Assembly (NCBI GenBank): GCA_024405815.1
Contig: JAKSNX010000001.1
Coordinates: forward strand, 2,711-66,710
From: Paludibacteraceae bacterium
GTDB taxonomy: Bacteria > Bacteroidota > Bacteroidia > Bacteroidales > Paludibacteraceae
Direction: 5' to 3'
Length of the DNA: 64,000 bases
Shown here: positions 30,480 to 39,800 of the stretch, in pieces
Layout of the letters: each line of letters opens with the position of its first letter
Numbering within the stretch: the first letter of the stretch is position 1
Notes under the pieces: model-generated
What the model was told of the DNA's origin: nothing
What the model saw: only the letters and a program-made list of their open reading frames with translations
The model's database searches: none
Position numbers and translations under genes: made by a program

Positions 30480-30496
30480 AATTGTTATTCTCTCTC

Positions 30497-30886
30497 TTAT
30501 TTTTTAGCTGCTCCTGCTTTAGGACGTTTTGCTCCGTATTTAGAACGACGTTGCAGACGACCATTAACGCCAGCTGCATCAAGTGTACCACGTATAATAT
30601 GGTAACGTACACCTGGAAGGTCCTTAACACGTCCGCCACGAATCATTACTATTGAGTGCTCCTGCAAGTTATGACCCTCTCCTGGTATGTAAGAGTTTAC
30701 CTCTTTCTGGTTTGTCAAACGCACACGAGCCACTTTACGTAAAGCGGAATTCGGCTTCTTAGGGGTTGTTGTGTAAACACGTACACAAACGCCACGACGT
30801 TGAGGACAAGAATCCAAAGCAGGGGCTTTGCTCTTATCGGTCAGCACCGTTCTCCCTTTTCTTACTAATTGTTGAATAGTAGGCAT
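30497..30886 (-). CDS. rpsL: 30S ribosomal protein S12
   Basis: [12 protein letters not shown]...[13 protein letters not shown], 129 aa. Confidence 0.97.
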   Translation of the reverse strand: MPTIQQLVRKGRTVLTDKSKAPALDSCPQRRGVCVRVYTTTPKKPNSALRKVARVRLTNQKEVNSYIPGEGHNLQEHSIVMIRGGRVKDLPGVRYHIIRGTLDAAGVNGRLQRRSKYGAKRPKAGAAKK

Positions 30887-30953
30887 TGTTTGTTATTATT
30901 TTGTAATTTATTGATTAAATACCCTTTACACCTAAAAATATTTTTAGGGGTTG

Positions 30954-30984
30954 CAAAGGTACGCAAAGTTTTTTACCTACCAAA
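30954..30984 (-). promoter_or_regulatory. Candidate Bacteroidota-type promoter of the str/S10/spc/alpha cluster
   Basis: The minus strand reads TTTG (30984-30981), a 19 nt spacer, then TACCTTTG (30961-30954). This matches the -33 TTTG / -7 TAnnTTTG consensus and lies about 68 nt upstream of the rpsL ATG. Confidence 0.5.
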
Positions 30985-30989
30985 ATAAA

Positions 30990-33077
30990 TTAGCGTTTTT
31001 TTTCAAAAAATTTGCTTTTACCATTAAAATTGATATCGGGATAGGCTACTCTTGTGTGGTATATGTTTCTAAGCCTCTCTTTAATCACAGACTTTATTAC
31101 CTCTATCTGATTCATTCTAATAGGGGTGTTATCTAAATAGTGTTCTAAAATTATGCCGTCAGTAATTTTATCCACTAATGACCCGATGCTCTCATCTGTG
31201 TACTCTGGCAGACTACGCGATGCCGCCTCTACTGCATCACATATCATAATAACACCTTGCTCCAGTGTGAACGGATTAGGACCCTCATACGTAAACTTGC
31301 TTTCATCAACCTGTTTGCCTGGATTCTCGTTAATCCAAGTATTATAGAAGAACTTTGCCTTACTTGTGGCATGATGTGTCATTATAATGTCTATCAGGCA
31401 TTGCGGCAATTTGTTTTGTTTGGCTATCTCCACCCCGTTTCTAACATGACTTATTATTACAGCGGCACTCTCATCGGGTTTTAACCTTACATGAGGATTA
31501 ACCCCATTATGCTGATTCTCTGTATAGAATGCAGGATGTTTCAGTTTCCCTATATCGTGATATAAAGCACCTGTCCTTGCCATAAGTGCATTGCCTCCAA
31601 GATGAGTTGTAACATCTGCGGCAAGATTGCTGACCTGCGATGAGTGTTGGAATGTTCCGGGAGCCTCTTCAGATAATTGTCTCAGCAAAGGAGTGTTTGT
31701 ATTTGACAACTCAAGCAACGTGACATTTGAGGTGAACTTAAATATCTTCTCTATCAAGAATACAAACGGATAGGCAAACAATAACATAATTCCGTTAATG
31801 CCAAACCACAGGAACATCCACATGTTAGCCCCACTTAAGAAATCTACATTCAGCACTAAATTATAACTGAGATATATAAGACTGTATGTGGCAACCACTG
31901 CCAACGATGTCTTCATAAACTGAGAACGGTCTTCCAAGTCTTTTGACATATATATTGACACCATTCCTGCAGGAATCTGTAATATAACAAACTCCAAAGG
32001 CATAGCCACATAGTAAACACACACAAGAATAGCTGTCCAATATGTGAACAATGCGGTTCTGGTATCGTAGAATGTACTGATTACCATAGGTATAAGGGCA
32101 TACGGCACTATATATACAAGCTCATGGTCCACAAACCGCACTACCATCAATGTTATTACCACATAAAAGGTGATAAGCACTAATGTTAGAATACAATACT
32201 GATTAGTAAAGAAAAACTCCCTTCTAAAAATGTATGAATACAAATAAAACAGTCCCAAGAATATGGCTATTAAGCACGCAGTACCTATCCATACCATCAT
32301 TTTCTGACTATTGGTAATGGATAGTTCTGATAATGTCTCCTGTTTTAATGAATTAAGTATAAGCAGTTTTTGTTCTGTAACAATCTCTCCTCTGTCTATA
32401 ATACGCTCCCCACGTTGAACCATACCCTGCGTAGCGGATATGCTTTTATACTCCTCACTTAATGCCTTATCTGTAATATCCTCGTCATAAATCAAATTTG
32501 CAGATAAGAACGCCTCTAATTTTATGTTATTGAAGATATTGTGGTCCAAATTATTAGGCACATTACTCCTAATATGCTTTTTAGCTCTTGAAATGGAATA
32601 AACGTCGTTCTTGCTACGTGCCTTGCCCTTATTATTATCACCTAAAGTAACAATATGGTCACTCCCACTCTCCTGTACCAAATCATATTGAGAATCCTCC
32701 ATTATTCCTGATTTGTATAGGAACTCCATCTCGTGTCTCAAATAAGATATATATTGAGATTCTGTTTCCCCTTCAATCAGTTGCTCTATATACCTTCTCA
32801 TTTTCTTAATGGCATCGGCAGATATCTCTTCGTTGTCGTAAAAATAATACACCTTATTATTAAGAACCTCTTCACGCTCTGTTCTAAGCTGCACCTTATC
32901 TTTATATATAGGGAAATCAAAATCAGCAGTCAGCAAATCATACTGCCACGGTTTGCCAAGCTCATATTGGTACTGGAATTTAGAGTCACGTGGGCTACAT
33001 AGTAATATAATCACAACTGCGGCAATGAACAACAGTGCTCTGATAACTACATTTATTGATTTCCTACCTGACGTCAT
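30990..33077 (-). CDS. 7TM-receptor-type membrane protein with intracellular HD hydrolase domain (PgpH/YqfF-like, possible cyclic-di-AMP phosphodiesterase)
   Basis: 695 aa. It has an N-terminal signal anchor, an extracellular region, about 7 TM helices, and a C-terminal HD domain (HSSQVSNLAA...LYHDIGKL...THHATS). Confidence 0.8.
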   Translation of the reverse strand: MTSGRKSINVVIRALLFIAAVVIILLCSPRDSKFQYQYELGKPWQYDLLTADFDFPIYKDKVQLRTEREEVLNNKVYYFYDNEEISADAIKKMRRYIEQLIEGETESQYISYLRHEMEFLYKSGIMEDSQYDLVQESGSDHIVTLGDNNKGKARSKNDVYSISRAKKHIRSNVPNNLDHNIFNNIKLEAFLSANLIYDEDITDKALSEEYKSISATQGMVQRGERIIDRGEIVTEQKLLILNSLKQETLSELSITNSQKMMVWIGTACLIAIFLGLFYLYSYIFRREFFFTNQYCILTLVLITFYVVITLMVVRFVDHELVYIVPYALIPMVISTFYDTRTALFTYWTAILVCVYYVAMPLEFVILQIPAGMVSIYMSKDLEDRSQFMKTSLAVVATYSLIYLSYNLVLNVDFLSGANMWMFLWFGINGIMLLFAYPFVFLIEKIFKFTSNVTLLELSNTNTPLLRQLSEEAPGTFQHSSQVSNLAADVTTHLGGNALMARTGALYHDIGKLKHPAFYTENQHNGVNPHVRLKPDESAAVIISHVRNGVEIAKQNKLPQCLIDIIMTHHATSKAKFFYNTWINENPGKQVDESKFTYEGPNPFTLEQGVIMICDAVEAASRSLPEYTDESIGSLVDKITDGIILEHYLDNTPIRMNQIEVIKSVIKERLRNIYHTRVAYPDINFNGKSKFFEKKR

Positions 33078-33122
33078 AATATTTTATTTGCGTACAACTT
33101 TGCAAAAGTACGCATTATTTTA

Positions 33123-33130
33123 TATTTTTG
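33123..33130 (+). promoter_or_regulatory. Candidate -7 element (TATTTTTG) for the peptidase gene
   Basis: TAnnTTTG match 28 nt upstream of the ATG at 33158. Confidence 0.35.
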
Positions 33131-33157
33131 CAAATTGAAATATTCATCATCATTAAT

Positions 33158-34600
33158 ATGAAAAACATTTATACTATTCTTACCACAGCCTTTTTATTAG
33201 TCCCGATGTTATCATCAGCACAAATGGAAGGAGGATTCATTCCATCTCCTGTGGATTTTCACAACTATAGTGTCTCTCATCTCAAGACAACCGATGAGTT
33301 ACCCTCAAAATATGACTCACGTGATTTTGGATACATTACCCCATCACGTAATCAAGTGATTGCAGGAACTTGCTGGGCATTTGCCACATGTGATGCAGTG
33401 GAAGCGTTATCTAATAAATTGGGGTATTCTGATGGGTATCTCTCCCCACAACTTATGTCAAACTGCCACTACGGATTCCTACTCACAAAAACGCAAGGTG
33501 GCAATTTTGAAATGGCGACTTCAATTATGGCAAACCTGCAAAGCCTTGCATACGAGGATTCATTTCCGTATGTTGCACTTGATGAGGTCTGCCCCGATTT
33601 CACCCCCGATGATTTCCCCGCATACACGCTTGGCGCCTATTTTCTGCCATCGGGTGATATTACTGCCATAAAACAGTGCATTATGGATTATGGGGCGGTA
33701 GGTGCGTCTATGTTCTATGATAGCAAGTATCTTTCAGGTAACGTATATAAGTGCACAGGAGAAGAAGCTGCAAATCACGCCGTTTCACTTATAGGGTGGA
33801 ACGATAATGAAAGGGTGTTTCTTGCAAAATTCAACTGGGGAGCATCTATGTTTGACAACGGTGTGCTTAAAATTTCATACGATGACTCTGTAATAATGAG
33901 TGATTGCACCGCCTTTACTACCAGAGTGGATAAAACTGAAGTTACCAACGCATACTATTATGACAAAAGCGGAATGTTTGGTGCCAGAATATGGGACGGA
34001 GTGGAAAAAATGTCAACTCTTTCATATTTCACACCTAAAGGTAAAGAGAAACTTACGCGTGTAGGGACATACGTAGCTGGGAACTCTACTGAAATCACCT
34101 TTACTGTAATGATTGATTCAGAAATTCCATTCACTAAAACAATACAGTGTCCATACGCAGGTTTCTACTCTGTAAAATTAGACAATCCGGTTATTGTTGA
34201 TAACACCTTTATAGTGGCTGTGGATTATGGAAACACAGTTCCTCTTGAGAGCAAAAATGAGGACTATAATGACCCTACATTTATTCCCGTAGGCTCACAA
34301 TTTATACAAGTGAACGGCGATGACAAGCAAACAATAACAATTGGTACAGATGCTACAGATGAACGATTCAGAGCTGTCAATCTATGCACCAAGGCATACA
34401 CTACAGACATACCTACAGAGATTAAAGAGGAGGAATCGTCTGAATCAGAACCAGAAAATGTAGATGTTTATGGCACTGACGGACGGTTTATTAAAAATTT
34501 TAAGAGCAAAAATGACTTTTTGTCAAAAGGTTTGTTTATATTTGTAGAACATTTTAAAGATAAGCCTCAATCAAAAGGCTACTTGGAATACAGACCGTAA
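33158..34600 (+). CDS. Secreted papain-family (C1) cysteine peptidase, 480 aa
   Basis: The ATG at 33158 gives a signal peptide, MKNIYTILTTAFLLVPMLSSAQ. Catalytic contexts are QVIAGTCWAFA (Cys), ANHAVSLIGWND (His) and FNWG (Asn). A roughly 250 aa C-terminal beta-rich extension follows. Confidence 0.8.
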   Translation: MKNIYTILTTAFLLVPMLSSAQMEGGFIPSPVDFHNYSVSHLKTTDELPSKYDSRDFGYITPSRNQVIAGTCWAFATCDAVEALSNKLGYSDGYLSPQLMSNCHYGFLLTKTQGGNFEMATSIMANLQSLAYEDSFPYVALDEVCPDFTPDDFPAYTLGAYFLPSGDITAIKQCIMDYGAVGASMFYDSKYLSGNVYKCTGEEAANHAVSLIGWNDNERVFLAKFNWGASMFDNGVLKISYDDSVIMSDCTAFTTRVDKTEVTNAYYYDKSGMFGARIWDGVEKMSTLSYFTPKGKEKLTRVGTYVAGNSTEITFTVMIDSEIPFTKTIQCPYAGFYSVKLDNPVIVDNTFIVAVDYGNTVPLESKNEDYNDPTFIPVGSQFIQVNGDDKQTITIGTDATDERFRAVNLCTKAYTTDIPTEIKEEESSESEPENVDVYGTDGRFIKNFKSKNDFLSKGLFIFVEHFKDKPQSKGYLEYRP

Positions 34601-34774
34601 TTTGAAATACCGTGTCGCTCATTTGGGCAACTTTACAATTTAATTTTTTAACTGGGTAATCCGTGTGTTTCAATGGCGTGCCGCTATCCTTTCAGGATTG
34701 GGCGGATTACAAAGATAGCATGGACCCCAAATCCTACTTTTTTCAAGTTTGGATCATAATTAGCGGCACGGTTT

Positions 34775-35947
34775 TTATTTGCCCAGCACACTCCTTAACT
34801 TGCGTTTGTGCTTATAATCCCAAATCCCATCTAAAGAGAATTGAGCCACAATTTGTTGTGATGTAGTGAAAACTCCGTCTGCCAAGTGGAAATTGGCAGA
34901 AGCAAAACAGTTTACAAAACTATTGTTATATATATATAGGAATACGTCTGTACGGTTATAGAATTTAGCCTGATATAGTGGGTCTCCTTGATTTAGCAAT
35001 GAGTGATACTGCGGATACATTGGCATAAGAGGACTGCCATAATATGTCACATTGCGGAACCCTATCATTCTCCACCTTAGGAATACCTCAAGCAGACCAC
35101 CTTGCGGAATCTTTCTATACCCAGCCTCTCTATCTTGTTGTAAACTTATTATATAGTTAGCCCTTATTACAAATGAGTCCAATGGGGTAACTCCTGTTCG
35201 GCTACCTAAATCAAAACCACAATATACGCTGCCAAGCAAATCGTCGCAAACGCCATCATTACGTTTTAATGTATCGGGAGCATAGCATGCCAGGTGATTC
35301 ATCATAGCTCTACCGCCTACAAAAAACCATTTATGCTCATATCGTCCGTTAAGGGTTACACGGAATGCCTCTCTTGTATCTTTTGACCACATTCCACGCC
35401 AATCGCACATAAATTCCACAAATCCACGCTTATCTCTATAATTAAACAATGCCCCTTGGATATTAGGGTGAAAATAGGATATGGAGTCATACATAAGATA
35501 ATCGGGGAATTCCTCTATCATCTTTGTAAACGGCAGCATTCCTACATGAATGCCCAGACCCCATTTCTTAAACTGATAATATACCGTAGGCAGAATCTGT
35601 GCCCTTTTAAAATCCGTTCCTATAGGCTGTATATAAGAGCAACCAGCCATCAGGCGATGGTCTCCCACCACAGAATCCGCAATACCCACACCTATCTCTG
35701 GCGACAGCCTTGTACCACATAACGTCTGCGAATTCACATATTGTGAGCGTGAATGCTCCTTATTGTCAAAAAAGAACAGAAAATCCACATTGTACAAGAA
35801 CTTGGGCTTTATTTTACCGGCATTGTCCTTTTTCTGCGGTTTTTCTACCAAAAACACTGTATCTTTTTTTACAATATACACTGTATCAGCAGAGTATATA
35901 CAACAAGACATTAACAATGCAATAAATATGGGTAGAGTCCTTTTCAT
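34775..35947 (-). CDS. Hypothetical secreted/outer-membrane protein (aromatic-rich, beta-strand-like), 390 aa
   Basis: N-terminal signal or lipoprotein-like sequence MKRTLPIFIALLMSCCIYSA. I recognise no family. Its start overlaps the mutL stop by 1 nt (TAATG). Confidence 0.6.
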   Translation of the reverse strand: MKRTLPIFIALLMSCCIYSADTVYIVKKDTVFLVEKPQKKDNAGKIKPKFLYNVDFLFFFDNKEHSRSQYVNSQTLCGTRLSPEIGVGIADSVVGDHRLMAGCSYIQPIGTDFKRAQILPTVYYQFKKWGLGIHVGMLPFTKMIEEFPDYLMYDSISYFHPNIQGALFNYRDKRGFVEFMCDWRGMWSKDTREAFRVTLNGRYEHKWFFVGGRAMMNHLACYAPDTLKRNDGVCDDLLGSVYCGFDLGSRTGVTPLDSFVIRANYIISLQQDREAGYRKIPQGGLLEVFLRWRMIGFRNVTYYGSPLMPMYPQYHSLLNQGDPLYQAKFYNRTDVFLYIYNNSFVNCFASANFHLADGVFTTSQQIVAQFSLDGIWDYKHKRKLRSVLGK

Positions 35948-37767
35948 TATCCTATGCGTCTTTTTATTTCATTGGAATCTATGGTAAAGTATATAGGTAA
36001 TCCGTCAGGTGCATACATAGGCGATGTTGTGTTAAACAAAGATTCAACCAGACTCTCAGCCATATCTGTACTTGTAACCTCTCTTACGGCACTCTTGTTT
36101 GACAAGTTTATGAGTAACCTTTCTCTCAGAACCGAAGAGATGCCATTAACATCAACATCGGGGTCTGATATTATATCTTTAATAATGGCGATAGACTCAC
36201 TATCCTTTATCATAGACGGAATTGCGTTAACCTTATACGTTGATACGCCAAAATCCTCAAAACTGTAACCTACAGACTCAAAAGAATTACGCATTTGCCT
36301 GAATGTAAGATTTTCTGCCGGAGTCAATTCCAAAAGTTCCGGGAACATAAGCATCTGACCTGCTCCGGTTCCCTTCACCATCATATCTGACAGACGGTCA
36401 TACCATACACGCTGTGACGCTCTGTATATATTTACAAACAGGACTCCGTATTCAGAATTACATATAATGTATTTCCCTCCATATACAAAACCACTGAACT
36501 TAGGTTTTACATCAAGCCCCAAATCATCACTCTTAATATCTGGCTTTAACCCATATTCATTTTCACAAGGCTCTCCCATTGTCTTGACACCCTTTACCGT
36601 ATCGTACAGATTCTGCCATCCGTCCGTCTTAGATTTTGGCGTATGTGTGCCGCTAAAAGGATTGTAAGATGGATTAAACCCTGTATTTGGTGTCTTTATG
36701 GCACTTAAATCAGTTACTGCCGACGGTATCTCTATCCTATCCTCCTGGTCAAACATCAGTGTAGGCATTGAACAAGATGACGCAAGGGCTCTTTTAACGG
36801 CGGACACCAATATCGGGAATAACGCTTGCTCATCTTCAAACTTAACCTCTGTTTTAGTAGGGTGTATGTTTACATCTATTTTATCGAGGTCTATATCAAA
36901 GTAAATAAAGAACTGAGGCTTACTCTCTGACGGCAACAGTCTATCATAACCCAATGCTATGGCTTTTGCAAAATAGGGATGCTGTATATATCTGCCATTT
37001 ACAAAAAAATATTGTGAGGGCTGTTTTTTTACAGCAGACTCAGGGGTGGATACAAAACCCTTGATACGCACAAGCGTGGTATCCACATCTATAGGTAACA
37101 AATCTTTTGAGGTTTTGGTTCCGCATATTGCTGCTATACGCTGACGGAAATTATCTTTATGCAGGTCAAATAGCACAGTTCCGTTATGAGACAAACTTAG
37201 TTCAAGGCTTGGATACACCAACGCTATCTGCTGAAATACATTTAATATGTTTCTAAGTTCCGTTTCATTGGTTTTAAGGAACTTACGCCTTACAGGTATA
37301 TTGTAGAACAGGTCTTTTACCAATATTTGAGTTCCTTTCTGACCCGATATCAACTCTTGGCTCATCAACTCTCCTCCCTCAATCTCAACCTTACTACATA
37401 GCTCATCATCTTCTCTGCGGGTTTTAAGTTCAACACGACTTACAGCCGCTATTGATGCAAGAGCCTCACCCCTGAAGCCCATAGTAGTAAGAGCATATAA
37501 ATCAGAGGCATCAACTATTTTAGATGTGGCGTGACGCTCAAAAGCCTTTACAGAATCTGTGGCACTCATTCCCTTACCGTTATCAATAACCTGAATAAGT
37601 GTTCTGCCTGCATCTTTGATAACAACATCAATTTTTGACGCACCTGCGTCTATTGAGTTCTCCATCAACTCCTTTACAACAGATGACGGACGCTGCACAA
37701 CCTCTCCAGCCGCAATCTGATTTATTGTAGCCGATGACAGTGTATGTATGGTGTTATTATCCTGCAT
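35947..37767 (-). CDS. mutL: DNA mismatch repair protein MutL
   Basis: The ATG at 37767 gives MQDNNTIHTLSSATINQIAAGEVVQRPSSVVKELMENSIDAG. DNGKGM and GFRGEALASI (GHKL ATPase) are also present. Confidence 0.92.
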   Translation of the reverse strand: MQDNNTIHTLSSATINQIAAGEVVQRPSSVVKELMENSIDAGASKIDVVIKDAGRTLIQVIDNGKGMSATDSVKAFERHATSKIVDASDLYALTTMGFRGEALASIAAVSRVELKTRREDDELCSKVEIEGGELMSQELISGQKGTQILVKDLFYNIPVRRKFLKTNETELRNILNVFQQIALVYPSLELSLSHNGTVLFDLHKDNFRQRIAAICGTKTSKDLLPIDVDTTLVRIKGFVSTPESAVKKQPSQYFFVNGRYIQHPYFAKAIALGYDRLLPSESKPQFFIYFDIDLDKIDVNIHPTKTEVKFEDEQALFPILVSAVKRALASSCSMPTLMFDQEDRIEIPSAVTDLSAIKTPNTGFNPSYNPFSGTHTPKSKTDGWQNLYDTVKGVKTMGEPCENEYGLKPDIKSDDLGLDVKPKFSGFVYGGKYIICNSEYGVLFVNIYRASQRVWYDRLSDMMVKGTGAGQMLMFPELLELTPAENLTFRQMRNSFESVGYSFEDFGVSTYKVNAIPSMIKDSESIAIIKDIISDPDVDVNGISSVLRERLLINLSNKSAVREVTSTDMAESLVESLFNTTSPMYAPDGLPIYFTIDSNEIKRRIG

Positions 37768-38032
37768 AATGAATAAAACAATAGGCAAAAATAAGTAATA
37801 CACCTATTATTATACCAAATCTCATATTACGGCTTTTCTCCTCCTTAGTGGAATCTATTGAGTTACGGAACACACCTCTATGCAAGACACCTGTAGAAGC
37901 GGAATCATCAACGTCCATTCCCAATTTTTTACGTACCCTTGCCTCAGACTGCTGAAGACGTTCCTTATGCTCATCATAATAGCGGTACTTCACATTATAC
38001 TGACGTGGCTTACGTATTTTAAATAATAACAT
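37757..38032 (-). CDS. Small basic tail-anchored membrane protein, 91 aa, unknown function
   Basis: A Lys/Arg-rich N-terminal region is followed by a single C-terminal TM helix (FGIIIGVLLIFAYCFI). It is wedged between mlaF-like (2 nt gap) and mutL (11 nt overlap). Confidence 0.5.
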   Translation of the reverse strand: MLLFKIRKPRQYNVKYRYYDEHKERLQQSEARVRKKLGMDVDDSASTGVLHRGVFRNSIDSTKEEKSRNMRFGIIIGVLLIFAYCFIHYAG

Positions 38033-38034
38033 TG

Positions 38035-38796
38035 TTATTTAAGATTGTGATATTTCTTAACTTTCTTATAAAGATTTGAGGCAAATACCAAATCCTCAAG
38101 GTCTTGATTACCCGATTCAAATATAGAATCCTTGTCTCCTTCCCAACCTTTGTGACCCTTATGAATGAATATAACCTTATCCCCAATCTCCATAACAGAG
38201 TTCATATCGTGTGTATTTACAATAGTGGTTATACCAAACTCTTCTGTAATTTCATGTATCAGTTTATCTATTGTAAGTGATGTTTTGGGGTCAAGACCTG
38301 AATTTGGCTCATCGCAGAACAGATATTTAGGTTGCAACACAATAGCTCTTGCAATGGCGGCACGTTTCTGCATACCACCGCTTATCTCTGACGGATATAG
38401 CTTGGCGGCATGGCTCAGTTCCACCCTTTTAAGACAGAACTCCACCCTCTCATTCCACTCCTCACGGCTCTTATCAGAGAACATTTCCAGCGGGAAACGC
38501 ACATTCTCCTCCACCGTCATTGAGTCAAAAAGGGCAGAACCCTGGAAAAGCATTCCCACCTCTCTGCGTAATCTAAACACCTCTTTTTTAGACATGGCGG
38601 CAATATCTCTGCCATCATAAAGGATTTGTCCCTCCTCTACCCGATGTATGCCTATAACACTCTTCATCAGTACGGTCTTACCTGAACCAGACTGACCTAT
38701 AATAAGGTTTGTCTTACCCGCTTCAAAAACGGCTGATATATTATGCAGTACCGTTAAATCACCAAAAGATTTGGTTACGTTCTTTACCTCTATCAT
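38035..38796 (-). CDS. ABC transporter ATP-binding protein, MlaF-like
   Basis: Walker A GQSGSGKT, signature ISGGMQKRAAIARA, Walker B LFCDEPNSGLD. 253 aa. Confidence 0.85.
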   Translation of the reverse strand: MIEVKNVTKSFGDLTVLHNISAVFEAGKTNLIIGQSGSGKTVLMKSVIGIHRVEEGQILYDGRDIAAMSKKEVFRLRREVGMLFQGSALFDSMTVEENVRFPLEMFSDKSREEWNERVEFCLKRVELSHAAKLYPSEISGGMQKRAAIARAIVLQPKYLFCDEPNSGLDPKTSLTIDKLIHEITEEFGITTIVNTHDMNSVMEIGDKVIFIHKGHKGWEGDKDSIFESGNQDLEDLVFASNLYKKVKKYHNLK

Positions 38797-39530
38797 ACAA
38801 GCAAAAGATCTGTTAAAATTACGTTGAACAAAAGTATAATGATACTGCTGTTTACAACAGCGTTTGTACTTGCCTTACCTACATCTAACGCACCACCGTA
38901 TGCATAATAGCCATAATAAGATGATACAGATGATATTATAAAGGCAAAAAACAATGACTTTACTATAGAGTAGGTTACATAGTAGGGATTAAACGCATAT
39001 TGAATACCCATCACATATTGGGCAGGGGATATTACCCCTGTAGTTGCAATAAAATATCCACCCACCAAGCCAAAAAACATACTAAAAATCACAAGTACAG
39101 GAATTATAGTTACAAATCCCAATATTTTAGGCAGTATCAGGTAGTTCTCTGCATTTACACCCATAATTTTTAGTGCTTCTATCTGCTCTGTAATACGCAT
39201 GGTACCTATCTCTGACGCTATATTAGAGCCTACCTTACCTGCAAGAATAAGACAGAGGATAGTTGATGAGAACTCAAGCAGCAACGTCTCACGTGTGGTA
39301 AGACCTGTTACATATTTAGGTAGCATCGGGTTTTCAGTATTCAAAACCATCTGCATTGTAATGGCAGAGCCTATGAATATTGATATTATTATAGTAATAC
39401 CCAATGACTGAATGCCCTGTTTCTCTATTTCCGCTAAATACTGTTTAAACAGAATACCCCACCTTTGTGGTTTGGTAAAGACACCTGCCATAAGACGTGA
39501 GTATCTGCCTACATGTTCAAATAAATTCAT
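38793..39530 (-). CDS. ABC transporter permease, MlaE-like
   Basis: 245 aa with multiple TM helices and the MlaE-type core GSNIASEIGTMRITEQIEALKIMGVN. It overlaps the ATPase gene by 4 nt. Confidence 0.85.
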   Translation of the reverse strand: MNLFEHVGRYSRLMAGVFTKPQRWGILFKQYLAEIEKQGIQSLGITIIISIFIGSAITMQMVLNTENPMLPKYVTGLTTRETLLLEFSSTILCLILAGKVGSNIASEIGTMRITEQIEALKIMGVNAENYLILPKILGFVTIIPVLVIFSMFFGLVGGYFIATTGVISPAQYVMGIQYAFNPYYVTYSIVKSLFFAFIISSVSSYYGYYAYGGALDVGKASTNAVVNSSIIILLFNVILTDLLLV

Positions 39531-39556
39531 ATTTCTGCAAATTATATTTCAATTTG

Positions 39557-39588
39557 CAAATTTAGTGATTTTTTTGTAACTTCGCAAA
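39557..39588 (-). promoter_or_regulatory. Candidate promoter for the mlaE-like operon
   Basis: The minus strand reads TTTG (39588-39585), a 20 nt spacer, then TAAATTTG (39564-39557). It lies about 27 nt upstream of the ATG at 39530. Confidence 0.35.
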
Positions 39589-39611
39589 CTGAATTTCAGT
39601 ATTGGAAAATT

Positions 39612-39797
39612 ATGTTTAAACTCTTTCTTATATGTTTGGCACTGCTACTGCCTGCCGTACTTATAATGGGGTTTAGGGTTTTCTTTACAAAAAACGGCAA
39701 ATTTCCTAATAGCCACGTGGAGGGGAATGCCGCACTAAGAAAAAAGGGAATAACTTGTGCTCGTTCTCAAGATAGGGCGGCACGCAAAAAACAATAG
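39612..39797 (+). CDS. Small membrane protein, 61 aa, unknown function
   Basis: N-terminal TM helix (LFLICLALLLPAVLIMGF) followed by a basic tail, HVEGNAALRKKGITCARSQDRAARKKQ. It ends 3 nt before the Skp-like gene. Confidence 0.5.
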   Translation: MFKLFLICLALLLPAVLIMGFRVFFTKNGKFPNSHVEGNAALRKKGITCARSQDRAARKKQ

Positions 39798-39800
39798 ATT

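Noticed and set aside
12976-30886. Absence of adk between secY and map, and of tuf after fusA, in the ribosomal cluster.
   Set aside because: This gene order (rpsL-rpsG-fusA-rpsJ ... secY-map-infA-rpmJ) is, as far as I know, the usual Bacteroidota arrangement. It is not a deletion or rearrangement specific to this genome.
34663-34866. 67 aa plus-strand ORF in the peptidase / outer-membrane-protein convergent spacer.
   Set aside because: It starts at GTG and runs into the 3' end of the convergent 390 aa gene. It has no signal or conserved-looking features. The spacer hairpins (34680-34706, 34695-34735) are short and lack clean U-runs.
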